DNA of 64,000 nucleotides from a virus: the IMG/VR virus record IMGVR_UViG_3300009136_000002, positions 1 through 64,000 of that record; one strand, written 5' to 3'. Under the pieces are notes generated by a model. That model was not told the origin of the DNA, did no database searches, and saw only the letters and a list, made by a program, of their open reading frames with translations. Positions 1-11,051 of the stretch are shown piece after piece. The position numbers and the translations under genes were made by a program. Position 1 is the first letter of the stretch. Every line of letters starts with the position of its first letter.

Positions 1-231
1 ATCCTAGAGAGGGCTGGTATGTCCAAGCGATCAAAGGAGATTTATGCGGGTACGAAAGCGGGACGTAAGGGTCGCGCTCAACCGAAAAAGGCAGAAAAGG
101 GAGAGGGCGATGTTGAAAGAGTCAAGGCCGATTTTCTCGCTGATAAAGGCCTTGAGGCGACGAGAGTTGAATTCGAGAACGGCACTATAATTGTGTGGGT
201 TGGCAATAGAAAATTTGTCATTAACCAATAA
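1..231 (+). CDS. 3' end of a probable virion/ejection-region protein (likely 5'-truncated by the window edge)
   Basis: Frame is open from base 1 to TAA at 229-231; lies directly upstream of the giant protein. Confidence 0.45.
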   Translation: MLERAGMSKRSKEIYAGTKAGRKGRAQPKKAEKGEGDVERVKADFLADKGLEATRVEFENGTIIVWVGNRKFVINQ

Positions 232-240
232 GGGATAATC

Positions 241-3200
241 ATGGCTAGATTGACGTTCAGAGAAATAAAGCCTCTGAAATTCAGAGAGGTGGTTCCTGAT
301 ACTGCGCCAGATGAGCCGCAAAAGTTTCCAAGTCTAGGGGATCTCTTTACCGCTCCGGCTGCTCCCCCACCGGAGCCAGAGATCCCGTTTGGAGCTACGG
401 CTGTCCAGAGGGCTGGGCGGATAGATGAATTGACACCGCCAACACCTACGCCGGAACCACCGCCCTCATTCGGAGCTACGGCAATCCAGAGAGCTGCAAG
501 AATAGATGAGCTGGAGAGGGCTGAGTCTAAGAGGAAAAAAGGGCCAGGTTTCTTGGGAACCTTAGAGCGTCCTGATGGTGATGTCTCTACTGAGCTATCC
601 ATTGGTGTGAAGATAGGCGGAAAGGAAACAGAGATCCCCAGCCTCGTACCCACCCTAACCAGGGAAGAGGCGGACACGCTCCTCACCATTACCGATCCAA
701 AAGACATTCCCCCAGGAATAGTTAAGAAAGCAAGGAGCCACGCAGAGCAAAGAATCCAGATGGGGCTAAGTCCTTTCTATGATCCTGATGAGGAGCCCGA
801 ACTGTCCACCTGGGATTACGTCAAGGGAAGATGGCGAGTTGGCACGACTCAAGTACAGATCGCCCAACTTCGGAAGCAGAAACTATTGGGCGATGATTCG
901 CCGGAACTCGAAGCAAGAACTCAAGCCTTAAAGGATTCCATGCCGAACATAAGGGATGATGAGGGCAGAGCCCTTCCCATCCGCGCAATAGGCGCTGCAG
1001 CCGACATGGTTCCCATGCAAATAGCAGCCATAAGCAAAGGCTTGGAGCGTGGGATGAAATTGGGAGCGGGCGCAGCCGCAATCACGGCGGTAGCTGGTCA
1101 AGCAGGGCCGCAAGCAGCCTTACCGGAAGAGATCATTACGGTTCCCGCTGCTGCGGCTGGAATGTTCGGTGTCGGAATGTACTCCGGTACGCTCGAAGAA
1201 GTCGGCTGGATTGAAGCAGGGATGGCTTACGATGAATTGCTAGACCTCAGAGATCCAGAAGGCAACGCCCTTGATCCCAGGATCGCCAAGTCTGCGGCTA
1301 GTGCTGTTGGAGTGATAAACGGTTTAATCGAACTGGCACAGATCAGACTACTTCTGAAAACTATTCCTGGCGGTAGGCGACTTCTCAATGGCCTCATCAA
1401 AGATACCACTCAGAAAGCACTAACAAGCGGCCTGTTGAAAGATGTGGTCTTTAGAAATGCTGCAAAGTACGGTGCGTTTATCACCGCAGAAACGGGTCAA
1501 GAAGTCCTCCAAGAGACAACCAATATACTCGCAACAGAACTTGCCACTCAATTAAATAACCACCTGATAGGGACTGATCTCCCCAAGCAAACCAGGGAAG
1601 AGATCGTCGATAGACTGTTGGAAACCGCCCAACAATCAGCGATGGCATTTGCAGTAACAGGCTTGCCTGGAACTACCGCAACTACAAGCCTGGAAGCTGT
1701 TCGTCAGCGAAAGCGGCCTTTGACATTTGAAGAAGTCCCGCCAACGCCGCCAGTAGCACCGGAAGCCGCGCCGGAGGACAGGGGTGGGGAACCAGCGTAT
1801 GAGGAGGAAGTAGCTCGTGAAATGGCAGAGGAAGTACCACCCGCAATGCCAACGGAAGTAGAGCCAGCACCTACGGAAGTTGAGGGGCCGAAAGAGCCGA
1901 TCATTAGCAAAGATGCCACGCCATTTCAGACTGAGCGCGGTGCTAAAGCCAATATCGCTAAGGCTCAAAAACAATACCCAGGGATTAAGGATTGGACAGT
2001 CGTACCTGTGAGGGATGGTTTCGCCCTGATGCCAAGGCATGAGGTTGTGTGGCAACAGCCCTTGCAGGAATACACGGAGAGATTCTATCTCAACGGTAGG
2101 ATGCTGGAAGATGTTCCCGAAGCGGAGCTTGAGGTGTTAGGCCAGCAACCAGGAATGTACGGATTTGTCGTTACCGCTCAAGCGGCTGGCGGGGATCTCA
2201 GGCAAGGCATCGGTGACTTCATTGCCGATAGGGTGGAAATTGTTCGTGAAATGAAAGGCGTTGTTCGTAGGGAGCTGGCTAGGAAGAAACTCTCAGGCCA
2301 GCCCAGGACAAGCACGATCACAGCAAAGCACTACAGAGAAGTCAAAAAAGCTATCAAGGCTGGTCTGCCTGTACCGGATGAAGTCCTCGCTGACTATCCA
2401 GACCTGAAAGAAGGGGTAGAACCGCCTGTAATACCTGTAGCCAAAATGGAACCGCCGGAATTCAATGTTGGCGAGACTGTCCAAACACCCGTTGGTGTGG
2501 GCGAGATCGTTGGCATAAGTCCTACTCGCGCCACAGTAAACATTGATGGCACTATCGAGAACGTGGCAACTGAGGACTTAGGGGCTGTAGAGGCAGAACC
2601 GATTGAATTCACAACGGGCGACACCGTGCAAACACCCTTTGGTGAGGGCAAAATAACGTCAATCGGAACCACAAATGCAATCGTTCGCCTTGTGGATGGG
2701 ACGACGGAGGCCTTTGACCTGGGGGACATTTCCACGCCTGTTGCACAGGAAGAGGCCGAAATCGTCGCTGAGGAGCCCGAAGTTGAAATAGAGCCCAAGC
2801 CCCCTGTCGAGGCAGAAGCTCCTATCGTGGAGGCTCCTGCCCCTGTCCTGGGTAAGGATAAGAGGGGCAAGCCCATAAGCGTGGGCGACCACGTTGAGTA
2901 CGACCAGTATCCAGGTGAGCGGTTTGAGATCGTTCGCGCTCTGTCCGAAGATCGTCCAGACATAATGAAGGTCAGGAAGGTGGGCCAGAAGCGCCAGTAC
3001 AATGCTCATGTTTCTCGCATTAGAAAGATCATTCCCACGGTAGTCAAGCCCGCTCGTGGGCCTCAGCGAACATGGAAAACATTAGTCGGATGGTTCAAGC
3101 TGAATCCGATTTGGGATAAGGAGCTGACAGGCGAAACGAATCAGTTTCACGTTAGACAGTCTGGAGTACCAGGGCTCGTCAGCAAGGCCAGGGGATTGCC

Positions 3201-6200
3201 CTGGGATGAGCTGGCTATGAAGGCCAAAGAAGATGGGATACTGCGTAAAGATCAGGATTGGCAGGATCTCGCGGAAATGCTGAGGGTTGAATTACAGAGA
3301 CTCGCCGCTGGGAAACCAGCTCGTCCAATCGGTGACATAACTGCATACGAAAAACAGATAGACAAAGAGGCGCAGCAAGCAGAAGCGGAGTGGATTGCGG
3401 AAGTCCAGACTAAGATTCAAGACGTATCTTATAACGATATAGACTCACAAGCTGCCCTGGCAGTTGGTGACAAGCTACACACACCCACAGCGCAAGGTGA
3501 TTCTCATTGGATCGAAGTCACTAAGGTAAACAAGGATGGGAGCGTCGAGGTAACTGATCCCAGGGGTGAAAAGGATACATTGGCGCTGTTTGATTGGGTA
3601 GAGCTTGTTGGGGGAATAGACTTTGGAGTAGATAGAGTTGCAGATCGTCCTGAGTCTAAGCGTGTTGCGCTTAAATTGGAGAAAAAACAGCGAATACCTG
3701 TCCTGAATAAGTATGAGAACCAGCTCATCAGGAAAATGAACAAGGAAGTAAAGGGCAAGTATCCCGATACAGCAACAGTTAATCTTCCCCAGGAAGCTGT
3801 TGATCTCATTGATCCCGAACTCTGGCTGAGTAGTGAAGTCCAATTAGAATACGGCATGGGATCAAGTTACGACAAGGTAGGATGGGCGATTCAATTAATC
3901 CAGGGCAACGAGCTGGGCGATAGAGTTTACATCGTTGAAAGACCCTATGGTCAACTCACGTTTGACCTGAATGCAAAGACACTCCGGCTCGATCCCAAGT
4001 ATGAGGGCATCATTAGTGAAAGCCTCATTGTAGACGTAGATCCCGACATGGAGAAAGAGAGGGTACTGCGAACTACTTTGATGGTCAATGTTATGAAGCA
4101 GAACCCAACGCGAACCATTCCCAATGAGCTATTACAAAACAGTCTCGATGCCATGCCTGATGCTAGGCCGTGGGATCAGCAAGTTATAACTTGGCGAGTT
4201 GAAGGTAAATATGACGGTGAAAAAGATTCGCGGGAAACAGTAATCAGCGTCGAGGACAATGCTAGTGGGATGGCTCCGGCGGTTTTTGCTTTCAAATACC
4301 TGAAAATAGGCGCGGAGGGTAAGCGCAGCACCATAGCGAAGGGTGGTTACGGAGCTGCAAACTCGGCGCTGCTATACTTTCCCAACAACGTAGACGTAGT
4401 TAGTGTTGGCTGGGCTGTTGAGAATGAGGAATACACCACAAGGATGGTTAAGGGAGAGGAACGGGTCGATCTCAGAAGGTGGGAAGATGGCCGGAATGAA
4501 GATGGCACGGTCAAAGAAGGTGCAATTAAAATCCGCACGACATTGAAGGCAACCCAGGATGAAATGTTTGATGGTTTGGCTGGAAGAAAATCCGTACCAC
4601 TCAAGATTGATCTCCCAGGCGATTTTGATCCCGATACTCCTACTGGCACAACTTACAAGGCAACCTACAGCAATACTGACGAAAAAGACCGACTAGAAAT
4701 CTCTGATTGGGCCTTACGATCAGGTTTCCAGAATTACGTCAATCAATTACGACACAAGGCTGTTGTCATACAGCAAGCGCCTCACGGAGATCCCGATGTT
4801 GTCACACATACCAAGAGCTTTGACGACCTGAAACCCGAAGAGTTGAAGGAACCCAAGATCATATTACATTCCAAGGGAAATGAAATAGAGATTTTTCTTC
4901 TTGATGTAGGCCCAACTGGAGCATACAAAGGTTACTCTGGCTATGATATTGCTCAAAAATTCTACAACAAAGGCTTGCCGTTACAAATCAGAGAGGACAA
5001 CATTGGTGGGATTAAGAAGGTTCCGTTTGAGCCTGATTTCAAAATTCTCATCAACTTTAGACTGACTCCCGATGTAGATCCCAAGAAGAGGCCCAAAGGT
5101 CACGAGTATCCATTCATTGAGAATAGAACCGAAGTATTGAACAAGGTCGGCGACCAAATAGCTGCAGAAGTTAATACGATTCTCGATGTAATGATAAAGG
5201 ATTTCAATACGGGGGAGTTAAAAGACTTCAAACAAATGGAGAAACAGTCACCCACGAATCTAGGCGTGACTACGATGATCCCGTATAGGAGCGAGGAAGA
5301 TGTAAAAGCTGCAAAGGCATTGCTAAAGAAGCACAAACCATTATTCCGCGAGTTTTCCAAAGCCTTCAATGTCTTTCAGGATCTAATGACAGAAATAGGG
5401 CAAGACAAGATAAACCTTGTCCTTACCATAGACAAACGGTTGCACGGCTGGAAGAGCAATCCCGACTTTGAAATCCCTGAACTCTATGCAATCAACCCGT
5501 TCTCTGTGACGAAGAGGTACTTGGAAAAGGATGCCTTCCAGAAAGCCTTGGCAGCGGGTGTTGACGCAGATGCCGCCAAAGCATACAACTTTGCCTATAC
5601 GATGATGCACGAGTATAGTCATAAGCACGTTTCAGGACACGGCCAGCCCTTTAGAAGCGCAATGGGCGACCTGTTTGCACTATTTGGGCCTTTAAGGTAT
5701 GCTATCTTAGGGAGGGAGCTTTATGGCATTTTCAAAAAACATTCAAAACGAATTGAACAGCTTACGCAAGATTTCGACAGTCTTGGAGAAGGTGGGTTAC
5801 TCCTTACCACTCAGTCTGGAAGGAATAAATACGGACAACATGAGCGCGGCAGAATTAAAGGAACATCGCCGTACTCAGAGGTTAGCGGAGTATTTGCACA
5901 ATCAAGAATCCAATACGACCTCTTTGGCGAACACCAAAAAATTGAAGGAGAGCTTGAAACTCCGGTAAATCCAGAGGACTTTCTCAAGCGTTCATTCCCC
6001 GATGCAAGTCCAGCCCAAATCAAAGCGATGCTGGAAGATCCCAAGCTGCGTAAGCAAGTAGCCCAGGGGAACATCAGCACCGAACTAGCCGATCAAGTCG
6101 CCAAGAAATACAACCTAGCTAGGCAATACACACAGAAAGAAATGTTCCCAGGTGAGGCCAAGGGCCAAGGGGATCTCTTTGATCTCAACCGTGTTGACTT

Positions 6201-9200
6201 AGGCGAAGGTGTGGACAACTATGCTGAGGATCTTGGGCCGGAAGCTGGAGCCTTAGTATTCAAAGCAAAGGCCAAGCCATTGGGTGAGGCCTTTGAATCC
6301 TCGGATGAAGAAGTACAGCGAAGAGTGGAACAAGCACGAGGCGCACCAAAAGACAATCTCTATACGGTCTTTAAGAACAAGATGGAGTCGTTAAAAAACA
6401 GGGCTTTCCGCACCTATGAGCATCTTCCAAAGACAAAAGAATTCGCGGAACTACAGAACGCCCTGCTCCGGCTGCAAAAGGGCAAGGGTTATGCCTCTAG
6501 GAAAACCCAACAGAAACTCAAGTCGATAATGAAAGGCCTCAACATAACTGATGAGATAGACTTTACTTGGAAAGCAATACTGGATGATCTCGTGGAGGAG
6601 GTTGCCCTTCAAAGAGAGCGTGGCACAGCGGAGGACGATATAGGTCTGCCCTATGGATACACGCCGGAATCCCTGGCGAAGGATCACGCGGATCTCAACA
6701 AGCATATCCAGGGCAATACGGAGATCGAAGCCGCCCTGAAAAGACGACAGGAAATGTGGGACGTTCTCCGCGAGGAGTACACCAGGGCAATGAAGGTAAT
6801 AGGATTCGACGTTGGTAAGCATCTTACCCGCGACTTTTATTTCCGGCATCAAATCCTGGCTTACACAAATGTCATGGGCCTTTTTGGGACAGGTGAGCGC
6901 CTTAGAACACCAACTTATAGAAGCCATTTAAGGCCGCGTACAGGCTCTTCCTCCGACATCAACGCAGACTATCTCCAGGCGGAGAATGAAGTCGTGGCAC
7001 AGATGTACTATGACATCGAGATCGCCAGGACGATACAGGTAGTCGATAGGTTCTACAACATACAGGATGAACTCAAAGGACAAGCCTTAGCGATCAACGA
7101 CAGAGAAATGCTCAAGTTTTTTGAGCAGTTAATTCATACCTTTGATGTTCCCGAAGGCAAGGAGCCTCCCACAGCGGAAAGTTTATACAAGAGCATTCTA
7201 AACAAGAAGATGGCGATTGGTTTTGACAAGCTGGGTCAACTTGCTGCAGGGCAAGAATTACCGACAGGTGAAAACTATGAGTGGGAGTGGTTGGTAATAG
7301 ACCTCGCTGATAACTGGCTCGAAAACAAAGCAAAGAAGAAAGACCTCGGCAAAGAGTGGACTAGCGCGGCTCGTGTGTCATTGAACAATGAAGCCGCAGA
7401 TTCACTAATAAAGTACGCGGCATGGATACTCAAGAATCATGGTGGTGAGCCTGGATCAGGCGCAGCCGCTACCATTTTTAAGGGTATGAATGAGAAACGA
7501 AAGATCATGCAGGAAACCCTCGGAAAAGAATACGTTTCGTGGCGCGACTTAATTCCAGAAGGCTATACAACATGGCAACCCTGGGAAGGCACAACCTTCT
7601 TCATGGCCCATTCCGTTCCAGAAACTATCGCAAAGCAGTTGCTTGAGGATGAGCTGTTAAAGCTCGGCATTAAGGCTGATGATTTACGCCAAGGGCTCAT
7701 GCGCGGTGGTCGTAGGCGAGAATACGTTGTGAAGCAAGAGATAGCCGACACCCTGAATGAACTCTCCAAGCCGCAGAAGAGAAGTACGCTGGGAAGAGTC
7801 CACGCTTGGCACATAAAGCGTTGGAAAATATGGCAACTTGTTTCACCTAGACGATTTGCCAAGTATAACTTCCGCAACCTCACAGGTGATGCCGATGCTA
7901 CGTTTGTTGGAAGTCCAGCCATTTTCAAACATACCAGGACAGCATTCAATGAGCTGTATCAGGTCTTTGTTGAAGGCAAAGATCCCGCTGAGGATAGTGA
8001 GGATCTGAATGATTGGCTGGATCGCGGTGGCTGGGGTGCGACTCTCCAGGCTCAAGAAATGGGTGAGTTTGATGTAACCAAACCATTTCTCCGCAGACAC
8101 GAAAAGACAGGCATCACAGGCATTCCTCGCAAGGCCTGGGATGCTTACTGGCAAACTGCCAGGGTATCAACTGACTTCCGCGAGGCACTACTCCGCTATG
8201 CTGCATACAAGGAAGCTATGAAGGTAATGAAAGAAGCGCCCGATGGTTTACCCAAAGACTATTGGGCCTCGATACGGCAAGAGATCCAGGGGCTCTCAGA
8301 CATAAAAGATCGTGCCTACTTCATGTCTAATGATTTGCTTGGAGCCTATGATCGCGTTTCTGTGATGGGCCAAGAGTTGCGCGAGAGATACTTCCCATTT
8401 TGGTCTTGGAAAGCTGTCAACTTTGTAAGATACGTCCGGCTCGTACAGAATGCCGCACATAACGGTGAGCTTACTAAGAAGTTGGGCTATAAAGCTGTTG
8501 GCACAGCCGCGAGGACACCTTTCATTGCCATGAGGATTGGCAAGTTAATCCTCAAGGCCTCCGCCCTATATGCCGTGACAATGGCAATCAACGGTGGGCT
8601 ATTCCCAAGAGAAGAAGATGATCTTCCAGAAGAAATCAAGGGTAGGCCACACCTAGTCTTTGGCAGGGATGCTGATGGCAACGTCCAATACTTCCCACGG
8701 ATCGGCGCTCTCGCTGACAATCTTGAGTGGTTCGGCCTTGATGCAAGTCCTTACTACGTCAATCAACTGATGAGGGGCAGAATGACTCTGATGGAGATCG
8801 CCCACGACATGGCGAAATCTCCCGCTAACGTGATTCTCCAGGGCAGCGTCCCTTTTATCAAGTTACTTTATGAAACCGTCACTAGAAGGGCTCTTTTCCC
8901 TGATGCCTTCGAGCCAAGGACGGTTAGGGATCGCCTCTTGCACGTTGCAAGGGGTTTCGGTCTTGAAAATGAGTACAAGGCTATCGCTGGGATACCCTCA
9001 AAGCCGTACATTGAGAGTGCTAAGGGATTAGTAATTTACACGATAGATCCATTCCAAGCTGCGTACCGTGACACTCTGGATCAAAAGACTCGGTTTATGA
9101 AGAGGATCGGTAAGCACAGCACAGGTTTCTACCTCTCGGATCGCGGCCAATCGCTCTACAATGCAAGGCTGGCGATGCGATACGATGATTACGAAGCAAC

Positions 9201-9432
9201 CATAAAATACATGGCAGAGTACCTTAACCACGGCGGGACTCTCAGAGGTATAAAGCAATCCCTGGAAGGCATGAACCCGCTCTCGGAACTGAATGCTAAT
9301 GAGAAGATAGCCTTCGTCGCCTCGCTTGATGCTGAAGGGTTGGCTAAATTTGTTCGCGCTCTGAGATTTTGGGAAGAACTGGTGACAGTCCCACCGCCGG
9401 AGGAGAAAAGAGCATTGCGACTTCTCAAATAG
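241..9432 (+). CDS. Giant (3063 aa) polyvalent, probably virion-ejected protein: KOW/SH3-like repeats, GHKL-type ATPase, zincin-like metallopeptidase, helical C-terminal region
   Basis: GHKL motifs NELLQNSLDA (~4123), VEDNASGM, GGYGAA, TGTT; HEYSH...GHGQPF (~5608); repeats FNVGETVQTP/FTTGDTVQTP/VGDHVEY; position just before the lysis genes. Confidence 0.75.
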   Translation: MARLTFREIKPLKFREVVPDTAPDEPQKFPSLGDLFTAPAAPPPEPEIPFGATAVQRAGRIDELTPPTPTPEPPPSFGATAIQRAARIDELERAESKRKKGPGFLGTLERPDGDVSTELSIGVKIGGKETEIPSLVPTLTREEADTLLTITDPKDIPPGIVKKARSHAEQRIQMGLSPFYDPDEEPELSTWDYVKGRWRVGTTQVQIAQLRKQKLLGDDSPELEARTQALKDSMPNIRDDEGRALPIRAIGAAADMVPMQIAAISKGLERGMKLGAGAAAITAVAGQAGPQAALPEEIITVPAAAAGMFGVGMYSGTLEEVGWIEAGMAYDELLDLRDPEGNALDPRIAKSAASAVGVINGLIELAQIRLLLKTIPGGRRLLNGLIKDTTQKALTSGLLKDVVFRNAAKYGAFITAETGQEVLQETTNILATELATQLNNHLIGTDLPKQTREEIVDRLLETAQQSAMAFAVTGLPGTTATTSLEAVRQRKRPLTFEEVPPTPPVAPEAAPEDRGGEPAYEEEVAREMAEEVPPAMPTEVEPAPTEVEGPKEPIISKDATPFQTERGAKANIAKAQKQYPGIKDWTVVPVRDGFALMPRHEVVWQQPLQEYTERFYLNGRMLEDVPEAELEVLGQQPGMYGFVVTAQAAGGDLRQGIGDFIADRVEIVREMKGVVRRELARKKLSGQPRTSTITAKHYREVKKAIKAGLPVPDEVLADYPDLKEGVEPPVIPVAKMEPPEFNVGETVQTPVGVGEIVGISPTRATVNIDGTIENVATEDLGAVEAEPIEFTTGDTVQTPFGEGKITSIGTTNAIVRLVDGTTEAFDLGDISTPVAQEEAEIVAEEPEVEIEPKPPVEAEAPIVEAPAPVLGKDKRGKPISVGDHVEYDQYPGERFEIVRALSEDRPDIMKVRKVGQKRQYNAHVSRIRKIIPTVVKPARGPQRTWKTLVGWFKLNPIWDKELTGETNQFHVRQSGVPGLVSKARGLPWDELAMKAKEDGILRKDQDWQDLAEMLRVELQRLAAGKPARPIGDITAYEKQIDKEAQQAEAEWIAEVQTKIQDVSYNDIDSQAALAVGDKLHTPTAQGDSHWIEVTKVNKDGSVEVTDPRGEKDTLALFDWVELVGGIDFGVDRVADRPESKRVALKLEKKQRIPVLNKYENQLIRKMNKEVKGKYPDTATVNLPQEAVDLIDPELWLSSEVQLEYGMGSSYDKVGWAIQLIQGNELGDRVYIVERPYGQLTFDLNAKTLRLDPKYEGIISESLIVDVDPDMEKERVLRTTLMVNVMKQNPTRTIPNELLQNSLDAMPDARPWDQQVITWRVEGKYDGEKDSRETVISVEDNASGMAPAVFAFKYLKIGAEGKRSTIAKGGYGAANSALLYFPNNVDVVSVGWAVENEEYTTRMVKGEERVDLRRWEDGRNEDGTVKEGAIKIRTTLKATQDEMFDGLAGRKSVPLKIDLPGDFDPDTPTGTTYKATYSNTDEKDRLEISDWALRSGFQNYVNQLRHKAVVIQQAPHGDPDVVTHTKSFDDLKPEELKEPKIILHSKGNEIEIFLLDVGPTGAYKGYSGYDIAQKFYNKGLPLQIREDNIGGIKKVPFEPDFKILINFRLTPDVDPKKRPKGHEYPFIENRTEVLNKVGDQIAAEVNTILDVMIKDFNTGELKDFKQMEKQSPTNLGVTTMIPYRSEEDVKAAKALLKKHKPLFREFSKAFNVFQDLMTEIGQDKINLVLTIDKRLHGWKSNPDFEIPELYAINPFSVTKRYLEKDAFQKALAAGVDADAAKAYNFAYTMMHEYSHKHVSGHGQPFRSAMGDLFALFGPLRYAILGRELYGIFKKHSKRIEQLTQDFDSLGEGGLLLTTQSGRNKYGQHERGRIKGTSPYSEVSGVFAQSRIQYDLFGEHQKIEGELETPVNPEDFLKRSFPDASPAQIKAMLEDPKLRKQVAQGNISTELADQVAKKYNLARQYTQKEMFPGEAKGQGDLFDLNRVDLGEGVDNYAEDLGPEAGALVFKAKAKPLGEAFESSDEEVQRRVEQARGAPKDNLYTVFKNKMESLKNRAFRTYEHLPKTKEFAELQNALLRLQKGKGYASRKTQQKLKSIMKGLNITDEIDFTWKAILDDLVEEVALQRERGTAEDDIGLPYGYTPESLAKDHADLNKHIQGNTEIEAALKRRQEMWDVLREEYTRAMKVIGFDVGKHLTRDFYFRHQILAYTNVMGLFGTGERLRTPTYRSHLRPRTGSSSDINADYLQAENEVVAQMYYDIEIARTIQVVDRFYNIQDELKGQALAINDREMLKFFEQLIHTFDVPEGKEPPTAESLYKSILNKKMAIGFDKLGQLAAGQELPTGENYEWEWLVIDLADNWLENKAKKKDLGKEWTSAARVSLNNEAADSLIKYAAWILKNHGGEPGSGAAATIFKGMNEKRKIMQETLGKEYVSWRDLIPEGYTTWQPWEGTTFFMAHSVPETIAKQLLEDELLKLGIKADDLRQGLMRGGRRREYVVKQEIADTLNELSKPQKRSTLGRVHAWHIKRWKIWQLVSPRRFAKYNFRNLTGDADATFVGSPAIFKHTRTAFNELYQVFVEGKDPAEDSEDLNDWLDRGGWGATLQAQEMGEFDVTKPFLRRHEKTGITGIPRKAWDAYWQTARVSTDFREALLRYAAYKEAMKVMKEAPDGLPKDYWASIRQEIQGLSDIKDRAYFMSNDLLGAYDRVSVMGQELRERYFPFWSWKAVNFVRYVRLVQNAAHNGELTKKLGYKAVGTAARTPFIAMRIGKLILKASALYAVTMAINGGLFPREEDDLPEEIKGRPHLVFGRDADGNVQYFPRIGALADNLEWFGLDASPYYVNQLMRGRMTLMEIAHDMAKSPANVILQGSVPFIKLLYETVTRRALFPDAFEPRTVRDRLLHVARGFGLENEYKAIAGIPSKPYIESAKGLVIYTIDPFQAAYRDTLDQKTRFMKRIGKHSTGFYLSDRGQSLYNARLAMRYDDYEATIKYMAEYLNHGGTLRGIKQSLEGMNPLSELNANEKIAFVASLDAEGLAKFVRALRFWEELVTVPPPEEKRALRLLK

Positions 9433-9441
9433 GAGGACGAA

Positions 9442-9816
9442 TTGACTGATACCTGTCCACCGGAATGCAGGGTTAAAATAAATGGCATCAACGAAAACAT
9501 AACTGAGTTGAAGGAGACAGATAAGAAACAATGGGAAGTATTTGACCAAAAAATACATGATGTGGAGGCGCTAGTGTTTGATAGGGTCAAATCCAAAACG
9601 CTCATTGCTCTCTTTGGGGTGGTAGTCACAGTTTTCCTGGCTATCATGGCTTTAACTTTTACCTCTTTGTCGAGTGGTCAGAAACAGGCAGTATCGAAAT
9701 TAGAGACTTATCATTCTCAGTCCACCAAGCAAATGAACAAGATAGAGCGAGAAATGGTGAAGGTTGTTACTGAACTAGAAAATCATACTGAACGCCATGA
9801 TGGGGATTCGGGTTGA
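9442..9816 (+). CDS. Single-TM coiled-coil protein, lysis-cassette associated
   Basis: AGGAGG RBS before TTG; one hydrophobic segment LIALFGVVVTVFLAIMALTF. Confidence 0.55.
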   Translation: MTDTCPPECRVKINGINENITELKETDKKQWEVFDQKIHDVEALVFDRVKSKTLIALFGVVVTVFLAIMALTFTSLSSGQKQAVSKLETYHSQSTKQMNKIEREMVKVVTELENHTERHDGDSG

Positions 9817-9992
9817 AACCCACCCTGAGAGAAAAATGTAATGATGTTTTAAGGCATCTTGTCAGTACAGGTGCGTTTATTTTTCGTTCGTGCGATAATA
9901 GCAACGATCATTACTGCAAAAAGAGATACGCTGATTGGAAAAAGGCTCTTGAAAAAGCAGAGCGCATGATCGAGGAACTTCCTGATGGCTAA
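9813..9992 (+). CDS. Small hypothetical protein (59 aa, not in ORF track)
   Basis: TTG overlaps the previous stop; frame is open to TAA overlapping the endolysin start and fills the gap exactly. Confidence 0.4.
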   Translation: MKPTLREKCNDVLRHLVSTGAFIFRSCDNSNDHYCKKRYADWKKALEKAERMIEELPDG

Positions 9993-10356
9993 ATACTTCA
10001 AGCCAGAAGAATTTGCCTGTAAATGTGGCTGCGGTACGCAAGGCATGAGGCCTGCCTTTGTGGAAAAGCTGGACTATGCTCGTGGCAAAGCGCAGACTCC
10101 ATTTATCGTTAATAGTGGGGCTCGGTGTCCAAAGCACAACGAGGACGAGGGTGGAAAACCTGAATCTGAGCATCTGCTCAACGCGGAGGGCCACGCGGAA
10201 GCTGTGGACATTTCCACCAAGACTAGCCATGTAAGATGGAAAGTTGTTACCGCTGCCATAGCTGCAGGAATCAGGCGGATCGGCATTGGCGATAACTTTG
10301 TTCATCTAGGAGACAGGTTGAGCGATAAGCCTCACCCTGTTATGTGGATCTACTAG
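9985..10356 (+). CDS. Endolysin, peptidase M15A family
   Basis: YFKPEEFACKCGCG, SGARCPKHN, SEHL..AVDI, IGIGDNFVH motifs typical of M15A/YcbK-like peptidases. Confidence 0.85.
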   Translation: MAKYFKPEEFACKCGCGTQGMRPAFVEKLDYARGKAQTPFIVNSGARCPKHNEDEGGKPESEHLLNAEGHAEAVDISTKTSHVRWKVVTAAIAAGIRRIGIGDNFVHLGDRLSDKPHPVMWIY

Positions 10357-10372
10357 CACAAGGAGGATTCTA

Positions 10373-10780
10373 ATGAGAAAAGCCCTGTCATATACCGGAC
10401 GCTGGTTGTTGATTTGGCTACCGATCTTTGTACTGACTTTCGCGTTGGTTAGTTCATGCGCCACGAATCACATCGTCAGGGATTCTTACAGAGCCTTGAG
10501 CGTGGGGGGTCATACCTATGATACGGGTATGACCGGAATTGCAACCCTTCATCGCAACGGTGTGGTAGGTGATGATGTCAAAGCCGAAGCTATTAAGCTC
10601 GGTGGCTTTTACCATGACGCTTATCACAGCGCAGTTGAAGCCTTATCTCTCTATGCTGAAACAGAAGGTGAACAGGGAGATATTCAAACTAAATTGCTCT
10701 TGGTGGGACAACAGCTTGGCGTATTTCTCGCCTACATCAATCCCATCCTGATTCAAAACGGAATGGAGGCAATCCAATGA
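10373..10780 (+). CDS. Lipoprotein (possible spanin-like lysis protein)
   Basis: Basic N-terminus, hydrophobic stretch, lipobox-like LVSS-C; AAGGAGG RBS. Confidence 0.55.
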   Translation: MRKALSYTGRWLLIWLPIFVLTFALVSSCATNHIVRDSYRALSVGGHTYDTGMTGIATLHRNGVVGDDVKAEAIKLGGFYHDAYHSAVEALSLYAETEGEQGDIQTKLLLVGQQLGVFLAYINPILIQNGMEAIQ

Positions 10781-11040
10781 CAGGCATTGAAATCGTCCAG
10801 GTAATCACCATCCTCTTCAATCTTATCGTCAGCAAGGGAATTCCGGCGGCTACTGCGGTTATGGTAGCGTGGCAGAAGCAAGATCCCACCATGAACGACA
10901 TCAACTCCCTTCATGCCATTGTCAAGAGGCCAGAGTCCTACTTTGAGGAGCCAGCCCCAGCCGCTCCGGTATCCAGCGAAGAAGTTGTGTTGGGGGAAGA
11001 GCCAGCGCCAGAGCCGCCGCCTGATCTTCCCACGGAGTAA
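10777..11040 (+). CDS. Hypothetical membrane-associated protein
   Basis: ATGA overlap, GGAGG RBS, hydrophobic N-terminus, Pro/Glu-rich tail. Confidence 0.5.
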   Translation: MTGIEIVQVITILFNLIVSKGIPAATAVMVAWQKQDPTMNDINSLHAIVKRPESYFEEPAPAAPVSSEEVVLGEEPAPEPPPDLPTE

Positions 11041-11051
11041 CGGAGGTAAGC

